Assembly (NCBI GenBank): GCA_950097015.1
Contig: CATNEN010000007.1
Span: 10,354,001-10,418,000 of the forward strand
DNA: 64,000 nt
Direction: 5' to 3'
Source of the DNA: Macrostomum hystrix
Lineage: Eukaryota; Animalia; Platyhelminthes
Below the pieces are notes generated by a model, which saw nothing but the letters and a program-made list of their open reading frames with translations, ran no database searches and was not told the origin of the DNA. The position numbers and the translations under genes were made by a program. Positions 25,212 to 34,329 of this stretch are shown here, in pieces (position 1 is the first letter of the stretch; each line of letters starts with the position of its first letter).

Positions 25212-25470
25212 CTACTTGCACTGTTTCCACTGGCTGTTGGACGTGCACCTGCCCGAGCAGCAGTCTTCATCGTTGATGCACAGCCGATTGTCGATGGTGC
25301 ACGACTTGCAAGCCGCGGCGCTGCCTACAGTTTGCGAATTTAGCTCCGTAATGAACTTTAAACATTAAGCCGACACTTTTAAGAATAAAATGAATTGCAA
25401 TCAAACAGCCCTCACCAAATAGGATCAGCATTGCCAGCACTGTCAGGAAAAGGAAAAGGAAAAGCTTCAT
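25212..25470 (-). CDS. Secreted knottin/ICK peptide B2, intact, 55 aa
   Basis: Exons 25470-25416 and 25324-25212 (phase 1): MKLFLFLFLTVLAMLILFGSAAACKSCTIDNRLCINDEDCCSGRCTSNSQWKQCK*. Spacing C-6-C-5-CC-3-C-8-C. TATAAA on the minus strand at 25501-25496. Confidence 0.88.
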
Positions 25471-25542
25471 TTCAGCAGATGATTTGCAGGTTAACTTTAT
25501 ACAGCAGTTTTATGAATTTTCGCAGCAACTGCTAAGGCTGAC

Positions 25543-25577
25543 CACAGATCCTATATACACTGTATATAGGATCTGTG
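25543..25577. mobile_element. 35-bp perfect hairpin flanked by an 8-bp direct repeat (minimal MITE or footprint)
   Basis: AGGCTGAC-cacagatcctatataca-c-tgtatataggatctgtg-AGGCTGAC. Confidence 0.75.
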
Positions 25578-26948
25578 AGGCTGACTGATAATCTAAGAGC
25601 TTTAGTCTATGGCAGTAGCATCCTCGTCAAAAAGATACAAGGCTGATCAAATATGGGGGCTTTGAGATATACGAGTATCCTTTCCCATTTGGATTTGTTA
25701 AAATGCACTTTGTCTTATGGTGATTTCGTAGAGAACATGACCAGATTAAGAGACTTGGTATGTGGACTACGTGGCAGATCCAGATTTAAACTAGAGTTTG
25801 TTTTGACGTGGTCATTTTGCGTGCTACATGTAGAGCTAGGCATGCTACCGTGACGTTGTCAGGGTTTGGTGGCCCCGAGGGAGGCCGTTTAACAATAGCA
25901 CGGTTGTTTAATTTAAGCCATTATTTTTCTCTTTTCATTACGCGGAACTATAAGTAAACGTACGAATTCATCTTAAATTCTTAAATTACCGGACACCTGT
26001 GTACAATTTAATCAATAATTATGAGCCTGGCTGTAAAGTCATGTTTTTTCCGTGCCAGCCAATGAGAGGGCTGTGCATATTTTATGCGTGGCTAAAATTA
26101 AGCTTCTCGCGTGCGCCCACCCCAGCCCGCTCGTTATCTGCCTTGTCGGGCTGGGGCCAGGGGTTAGGAGGTTGTTAGAGTCGCTGGAGTTAGTGTTTCG
26201 TTATCTCTGGGCCACGCCGCTGCCGCGCCATAGTCTGCCACAATACAATCACGCCACTACTACCATACGTTGCATCGCCATATCATCATCATCCTTATCG
26301 TCCGCATCGCCTACCAACCTAGTTACCATTGATATCATTGCAGCCTCGCCACGCCTGATCTCAGGATCTAATTTATCATTGTTGCCTGCCACAGTGCAAA
26401 GGAGAAATTAGAAGAGCATAGTAGCTTATAGTACAAAGCCAGCCAAGACAAACCTATTTTGCTGAGTTATCGTCCATGATAACAATTGGCCAGCCTAAAC
26501 TAATATACCGCTATCTATCTACTGTTCGTCATCTGTATCTATTGACGTTAAAAGTGCTACACCCAGCCTTGTCAGCCTTAACTTATTTGGCCTCGGCCAT
26601 AAGACTAGAATCGTCACAATACAATGATTTCACAGTACTACATGTAAATCATTTCTCTTAATGCTATAACAGAGCTACATGTTATAGCTCATGGTAAGAC
26701 AATACCATGTTTTAAACAGCAGTGATAATGAACAACACATGGCGAAACCAAAATAATTTAACATATTCGATTGTGATTTTTGAAAGGCACTAAAATAAAA
26801 TTTTATAAAATAAAAATCTCTTCGTACTCACTTGCCTTTACCAGTGCTTTTTGAAACGAGAGGAAATCACGCAGATAAAAATAAACAAAAAACCATTGTT
26901 TCCCAGCAGTTCTGATCATTCTAAAAAAATTAAGTTCCTCCTTGTATC

Positions 26949-27551
26949 CTAAACCAAATTTAGTTCAAAGCTGTCAGTTCCTTGGCACTGCTCTTTGATT
27001 CCAACATTGTAGATTCCACAGAATGCAGCAATTGTGACTCCAGTGCCAGTGGCTGCTGCTCCTGACAGTCCGGCTGCTCCAATGCTCTGGCCGATCGACA
27101 CCACAAATGGGGTGACGCCTGCCCCAAAAGATTGTATCCAGGCTGCAGTGGAGCCAGCAAGAATTCCACCAGTTGTGAATCCTAGCAGACCAACAGCCCA
27201 TGGCGCAACAAAAAAGGATCCAACGGCAGCTGCTCCTCCCATAGCAAGGCATGTTCCAACTCTGCAGAAGTTGTAACCTAAAGATTAATAAACACAAAGA
27301 ACCAAGTAATAAAAGCATGCAAAGAATTTTGAAACTATTGAATGCTGAACATCTCTTACTATTGCGCTTAAAGGCATAGAATTGTTAATTTTATTTAATT
27401 ATTCAAGTACATATATAATTTTATTGGTGTAAAGTTTTGATTTAAAAATAGTCTTACATGTTTTAACCTCCTTTTTTTCGCTGGCCAAACATGGCCCAAG
27501 TTGGAGGGAAGCCAGCAAGGCCACAATCAGAAGTACTTTTGGTGACCCCAT
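26949..27551 (-). CDS. IFI27/IFI6 (ISG12 motif)-like small hydrophobic protein with a predicted signal peptide, 140 aa
   Basis: Exons 27551-27458 (MGSPKVLLIVALLASLQLGPCLASEKKEVKT) and 27277-26949, phase 1. ISG12 motif LGFTTGGILAGSTAAWIQS...GQSIGAAGL. Confidence 0.82.
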
Positions 27552-27977
27552 TTGCTGTAGTGACTGAAATTTTCATTATAAAGCTATCAAGCAAATAAAA
27601 ATATATAAATGCTTAAAAGCAAATATGGTTGGGATTACTTTGGATATCACATGTTACTACTGGCTACTCAGTCTCCCCTTCCTCTTAATGTGCATGTGGC
27701 CTCTTACCACATACAAGTTTTAGTCATATACAACACAAGCTAAAGTGTAGTAAAATGGATTCAAACCAGAGTTTGAATCATGTCAAAACCAGGGTGTGAA
27801 TCATTGCAAAATGTTTCTTTTTTTTAATCAAATCGAATTCTCTACTTTTAAGTTTTGTTATCTTATAACGTCATAATGATATATATTTGTATGATAATAA
27901 TTGTGTCTAATATTCATTTAATGTTGTTCTTCTCAATTTTCTACATAAGCAGCTAATATAAAAATTCAACTGAGGAA

Positions 27978-28990
27978 CATTGTCAACTGGGGATCATCAT
28001 GAATAGGGAGTTATCATCAAATGGGAGAGGATCATTGTCAACTGGGGAATAATTGTCAACTGGGGGATCATTGTCAAGTGGGGGATCATTGTCAACTGGG
28101 GGATCATGGTCAACTGGGGGATCAATGTCAACTGGGGGATCATGGCCAACTGGGGGATCATTGTCAACTGGGTGATCATTGTCAACTTGGGGATCATGGT
28201 CAACATGGGGATCATTGTCAACTGGGGGATCATTGTCAACTGGGGGACCATTTTCAACTGGGGGATCATGGCCAATTGGGGGATCATTGTCAACTGGGGG
28301 ATCATTGTCAACTGGGTGATCATCATCAACTGGGGGACCATTTTCAACTGGGGGATTATTGTCAACTGGGGATCATCATCAATGAGGACTCATAATCAAA
28401 TGGGGGATCATGATCAACTGGGGGATCATTGTCAACTTGGGAATCATGGTCAACTTGGGGATCATTGTCAACTGGGGGATCATTGTCAACTGGGTGATCA
28501 TCATTGTAACACACTAAAAGTGGGGAACGAACCTCGTGCTGGCAGACCGAGACCGGTTTCTGGCTTGTTTGCCTTCGTCAGTCAGCCATAGCCACACGCA
28601 GTCCTCTCCCACCACTCTTAGTGTGCACAGAAGTCTCTTTTAAGCTTGCCATTTTTATGGCGATATTTTTTAGTGTTATGTGAGAGTTTTGCAGCCAAGT
28701 CTTTGCTTTTCTACTGTTGTCAGTAGTCTGAATTGTATCTCTCACAATCATCAACTGGGGGACCATTTTCAACTGGGGGATCATGGTCAACTGGGGGGAG
28801 TCATTGTCAACTGGGGGATCATTGTCAGCTGGGGGATCATGGTCAACTGGGGGATCATATTGTAAACGGGGGGATCATTGTCAACTGGGGGATCATTGTC
28901 AAGTGGGGGATCATTGTCAAGTGGGGGATCATCATCAACTGGGTTATCATTGTCAACTGGGTGATCATTGTCAGCTGGGGGATCATTGTA
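27978..28990. repeat. 18-bp minisatellite (ggggatcattgtcaactg) interrupted by a solo LTR
   Basis: Read directly on both sides of 28505-28746. Confidence 0.93.
28505..28746. mobile_element. Solo LTR, 242 bp
   Basis: TGTAAC...CTCACA ends, with a 5-bp direct repeat ATCAT on both sides (28500-28504, 28747-28751). Confidence 0.75.
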
Positions 28991-30101
28991 TTTATAGCTT
29001 TAAAAAAGCTGAAACTACAGCTGCTAAAAAGTATATACTAGATGAATTAAAAATATTTCTGCTCCCCAAAGGGGGGCAAAACTTGCTAGTACTTGATTCT
29101 AAAGTGTGTCTACAGGTTTTCAAAATTTCTTCCCATTGGGCATTTTGTGAGCCATTCTGCATTCAATGGTAGTTAACACACTTGACATTCTCTAATATCT
29201 CTAATATAAAAGTCTAGAGACTAGTATAGCAGCCTACAACAGGCCCGACTCTGACTCTAAAACACTATTATATTCTAGCTAAATATGCAAAAATTTAAAT
29301 TAACCTTCAATACCTTAGATACTTAAGGTTAAGCTGTGAGCCTATGATAAAAAAATAAATATATCTTTTCATTTGACAGTATTATAAATGTCCTAAGTGA
29401 TCTATAAAAGAAACAAAATTACAAATAACTAGTGCTGAAACTATTCTGTGGGTTTTTAAGGATATTATTTAACATAGCTAGCGCAGGTCTAACAATTGCA
29501 TTTTTTGTTGATTTATAGCTTATAATACTAATGTACAGCGTGTGATCTGGAATATGATATCAAGTTGAAGTTTTTAAAGAAGAAATTCAAGTTAATTCAA
29601 TTCAGAAATTCAGTACAAGTTAAAACTTAAACTTAGGCAGGAGGTAAAAACAAGCGTTTTTAGGCAAGGTTTTAACTATGAAAAAACTCAACGAACAATC
29701 AGACTGACAAGACTGGTGCCAACAAATTATACGAATCAAATGATCTCGTCATCAATGATCTTGCGAAATCGAAAACTATGGGTGCGTTCGAGTAGCTAAA
29801 CTAAGCTAAACTCGCGAGTTTAGCTAGTTTAGAAAGTTGATTATAACAAATAATTATCTGTACGAAATGTATCCCATGATAACAACACAAATGATACCTC
29901 CTTTTCGCGAGTAAAAATGCCAGTCTAAATTTATTTAATAAGGCAACAAAAAGTATTTGGTAACACATTTTTTCGTGTCGAAATTTGAATTTCATGTTTT
30001 CAAAGAACCATTTAGTTTGGAAGTCACGTTTTGGACTATACACTTGAGATAGTTTCAATTTTCGACTACTATTGTGCCTAAAAAAACAATATTCCCAAAA
30101 A

Positions 30102-32322
30102 ATGACACATACGATTGTGATAAACATTGAAAATAGATTGTACAATCTAGAAATAAGCCATGCAGCTGACTTCGATGCTGCAGTCGAGTACATTCGAGGA
30201 GGTGAGTCAACAGGCTTTCCAAAATTCATGAGTGTAATATTGTTGTATATATTTTTCCGTGTCATTCTTAGTGAAGCTTATTAATTTTATCAGTGCGTAT
30301 CTACTTTCGAATTACTGTTTTCATCTTTTTATTGCAGCCTCTGCCGACTTCTCTCAAAACGGAATCCTAAAGTTGCTTGTATGCAACCCGAATAGCCTTA
30401 TCAGAATTACGGGAGTTTTTGATGAGCGCAACAATCCAGTGCCTTTTCTGTCGAACGAGCATGATGATGGAGTTAATGGAGAGGCAGGTAAGTGATAAAT
30501 TATTTGTTAATTGCTGCTGCAGGAAACTGCTGACAAACTTCAATTATGATCTTGCAGATAGTGACCGTAAAGCTGATCAAATTGTAGCACGCAGCTCTTC
30601 TAAGCTCAGGACTGGATCCCTTGTTGTACCAACGGGAAAAGTCAGATCCGAGGCAACTGCTTCGGGAAGCAGCTACCAATGGACTCTGGAGGAGCGTCGG
30701 TTGCTAGTTACACTCGCCATAAAGCATAACGTAAATGAACTTGACGGGGTGCGACCTATTGAAAAGTGGGACGCGATTTCATCCGAGATGGCGCTTGAAG
30801 GATTTGAACGAACTGCGTCTCAGGTCAAATCCCAGTGGTACAATGAGCGGCGCAAGTTTGGGTAAGTTTTGAATATATGTACTTTTGTACAGTTCACGTA
30901 TGACGTGCATAGAATCTTATTTCTTCTAGTCGCATACAGTACTATGCAAGTTATAAAATAAGCATATTTACGCTTTTTGTACTTCAATGCACGCATGCTT
31001 GTACAGAATGTATTAAGTATGTATTTACTTTTACTACACATTAGATTACTTTTCAGAACTCTACCCATATCTACTGTATATAGGCTTTTCAAGCATCCTC
31101 CAACTGGCCGGTCGACAAGAGAGTGTGCATACCCGTTTGCTGAGGAGATGAACGACTATATGGGCAGAAACGCTGCTATTTGTCCACGCTTTATTGCATC
31201 CTCGTTGTCCCAAGGCTCTTTAACCTCTGCCGTAGGAAGAGCATCGTCTGCTGCGATTCCGACGCTGTCGACTGTCTCGAAGTCAGGAAATATAGGTACA
31301 TTAAATTTAGCTTTCTTTATGTAATGTGCTTAAAATATACATATATATGGACCCACAAGTACAAAAGCGCAACCTCAAATGTACAAGCATTAAACACACA
31401 TTACTTATTAGCTTTCTTTCTCTGCGTCACTCTATACAGCAGTACATATGCAAGTACAGTGGTCATTGACTGTATATTTCCACATATTTCAGATCCCCGA
31501 CTGAAAGCGTGCCGTCAGTGGCAGTCATTGGTTCCAATCGATCAAAGAGAGGTGGAGCAATGTACTTTACCCGAGGCATCAGCCGAGACGGCTGTCCATC
31601 AGCAGTCAGCACCAATGGCTTCTGCACATAGGGTGAGTTATACATGTACATACGCGTGCATGTGCAATCATGCAAAATCAAACTTAACGTGTCATAGAAA
31701 AAATGGCTGTTCACAGTCATTACATTTTTCATTTTCATTTTCTTTTCTATACTTGACATAGAAATAAGCCATAACCACCTTCGATTACCCTCAGCTAATT
31801 CTGGTACCTATTTTGACAGCTGGGTGAAAAAAGTAATGCAGAGTAAAGTGTCTTGCTAAAGACCCTTCAGCAAGTGGCTTTTGGATATTGTACCAGTGAA
31901 TCGATCCCCTGACCTTCAAGCCGAGTCCGACGCTCTAACCACTAGGCTACAACTCTCTATATCATAGAAAAAACTTCATAAATAAATTCAAAACATACCC
32001 TATTTAGAGCCCAATAAAGAAAAGGAAGAGCCAAGCCGAGCTTGTCAATACGCTACAACAATTTCAAGAGACCATGTCGACAAAAATACTGAAGATGACC
32101 AACCGGGTATCGGAAGCAGAAACCGGAAACAAGCAGCTGCTATTGAGCCTGGTTGATCGCGTGACTATTTTAGAAGAGAATCAGATGGAGCTACAGCGTG
32201 AGCGTCTTGCAGTCGAAAAAGAACGACTGCAGAATGAACGTCGAGCTTTACAACTAAGGGAAAAAGAACTGGAGATATTAAACACCATGATTGTCTTCTG
32301 CCATAATTTAAAGAACAATTAG
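30102..32322 (+). CDS. Harbinger Myb/SANT-like (trihelix) DNA-binding protein, ~406 aa, six exons
   Basis: Phase-compatible exons 30102-30201, 30338-30487, 30558-30861, 31084-31295, 31493-31632, 32008-32322. Motifs WTLEERRLLV..KWDAISSEM..GFERTASQVKSQWYNERRKF and YPFAEEMNDYMG, plus a C-terminal coiled coil. Confidence 0.78.
31775..31950 (-). mobile_element. SINE family 1 copy in Myb gene intron 5
   Basis: Reverse complement reads gtagcctagtggttagagcg...gatcgattc, plus the cacccagctgtc..taggtaccag core. Confidence 0.65.
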
Positions 32323-33204
32323 TCCAAGTTTCAGAACTGTAACACTTAAGCCTCATTTAACTGTTTAATTGATTTTCAGAATTATCATAAAATATAAATA
32401 ATAGAGTTCCATCTGACATACTTGTTATGACAATCAAAATCGAACAGATGTAAATCCAGTCATAAAGCTTGTAGTTGTACTTGGCATTAACAGAACAAGA
32501 TGTAAAGCATTACCACAAACAGCACAAAGACACATTAAAAGGGAGCATAAAACACTGTGAAGAAAAAGCGTCATAATGAAAGCAACAACAGAAAATTACA
32601 ATTTAATATAATAATCAAAATTACAAAGTACACATCAATTGGGCACTGTATGGCATTAGGATATTTTTATTATACAACATAAAAGGCACATCCCACTTTG
32701 TAAGTTTTTTGCAAGCAAGACAAACAGGAAACAAAGTGTTGAGCATTTTCATTAAAATGTGTGAATTTATCTGCAAAACTAAAAGCAAACAGTAATAAAT
32801 AAAACGAACATAAATTTCAGTCATGAGTCAAGAATCACAAGTATGTTATATGGCACAGTTACCAAGACATTGTCAATAAATTTGCAAGTAATGCTCAAGT
32901 TAGACTATAATTGATTTACAATTAATCTATGTTTGAAAATGCCTTTAAAAAGTTGTAGCTCTTATTAGTAACATAGTGTTATATATATTTTATGGTATAT
33001 AGGTCAAGTGGTTTCTAAAGCATGCAAACCTAATTTGAAGTATTGCTATTTAAACAAATAATAAAGATGAATATAAAGTGCTAAGTGTATTCAAATAGAT
33101 TTTTCCTAAACAATTACTTAGTCAGCAAAAAAATCGATTGAGACTTATGAATCCATTTCTTTTGGATGAGAAAAGTGTCTGCATATTAAAGTTAAGAAAA
33201 GTTA

Positions 33205-33549
33205 AACAAGGTACCAAGTGACTCATATGACTCTTGTGTAGCAAGGAATCGCAAGAAAAGCAGAATCATACTAATTATATTAGACCCTTTAGGCTTTAGG
33301 AGAGAGTAAAGTAAGATATGAAGCAGTTTCTAAGACTAAATCTTGTACAGCGGTCCTAGAAAGCCGAAAAAAATGAATAAACTGGTTATCATTAAAACTG
33401 TAAACAGTTTTCTCAACAAACTCATTTACTTTTGGCCATATTTCTATTACTCTTTTTGGCTTTAATAGACTTAGTTGAGTAGTACTTATGGTGGTTGTTT
33501 GTTCTTCTAGAAGCTCAGCAAATTCAATGCCCACAGATTCCATAAGCAA
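33205..33549 (-). pseudogene. Harbinger transposase N-terminal remnant
   Basis: FVEKTVYSFNDNQFIHFFRLSRTAVQDLV, then after a stop MILLFLRFLATQESYESL. These are typical HARBI1-family N-terminal motifs. No DDE core was seen. Confidence 0.72.
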
Positions 33550-34329
33550 ATACTATTGCGCAGCAGTAATACTATTTAGGTTGCAAACGAAAAAAAGCGT
33601 TTTCTGACTGGGAAAAGGCGAATATGCGTTGTATTGAGAAAGCAGTGAATAAAATGTATAGAAATGGAAAAGTTTTAAATATGTAACAAAATTTAAAAGA
33701 CTTGTGCGAAAAAAATTTAACTGCAAAATAAAATATAAACTGGCAGTTACTGACTGTTAAAATGGTACTATTTAGTTGCATCGAGATAGCAGTAGTGTCA
33801 AATGTATATTTGCTTGTTATACTGCTACGTCTAAACTGGCAGTTTAGCTCAGTTTAGCTACTCGAACGCACCCTATGACTCAATTGCTAGGTGATAGATA
33901 AGCTCACGAAAAATACAATTTTATCAAAATCAAAATCGTTTTATGATTGGCTAAACGCTTTCTTATGTACGTCTCATATTATTAACTGTGCCGATTTTAG
34001 ATAAGAAGACAGCCTATTTTGTTAATCTAAGATAAAATTTTAAAATCAATCCGAGAAGCCAACAAAAAACTCTTAAACTAGTCATTCATTTAACTCAATG
34101 TGACAATAGAGAATGATAAAAGAAATGCGAAGTCGTGCAGTTAGATTGTTATAATTCCTTTATATAGCTTAATACTTTTAATTCTTACTTTTGCTCCAGG
34201 GCTTTTTATAGCATCCCAGGGACTACTAGACTAGAGTATATTAGATAACGAAGTGATTTCCAGTGGTCTTGCGTGAGAGCTAGACGCTGCATCTTCTGTT
34301 GCTTAATTGGGATAAAATTAAAAAATTGT

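Larger units (their letters stand above)
29780..33873. mobile_element. PIF/Harbinger DNA transposon, internally deleted
   Basis: 23-bp TIRs GGGTGCGTTCGAGTAGCTAAACT / AGTTTAGCTACTCGAACGCACCC and a 3-bp TSD TAT. Carries a Myb/SANT gene (+) and a convergent transposase remnant (-). Confidence 0.92.

Noticed and set aside
26052-26661. 119-aa and 61-aa ORFs between knottin B2 and the IFI27-like gene
   Set aside because: No recognisable motif, splice structure or codon bias.
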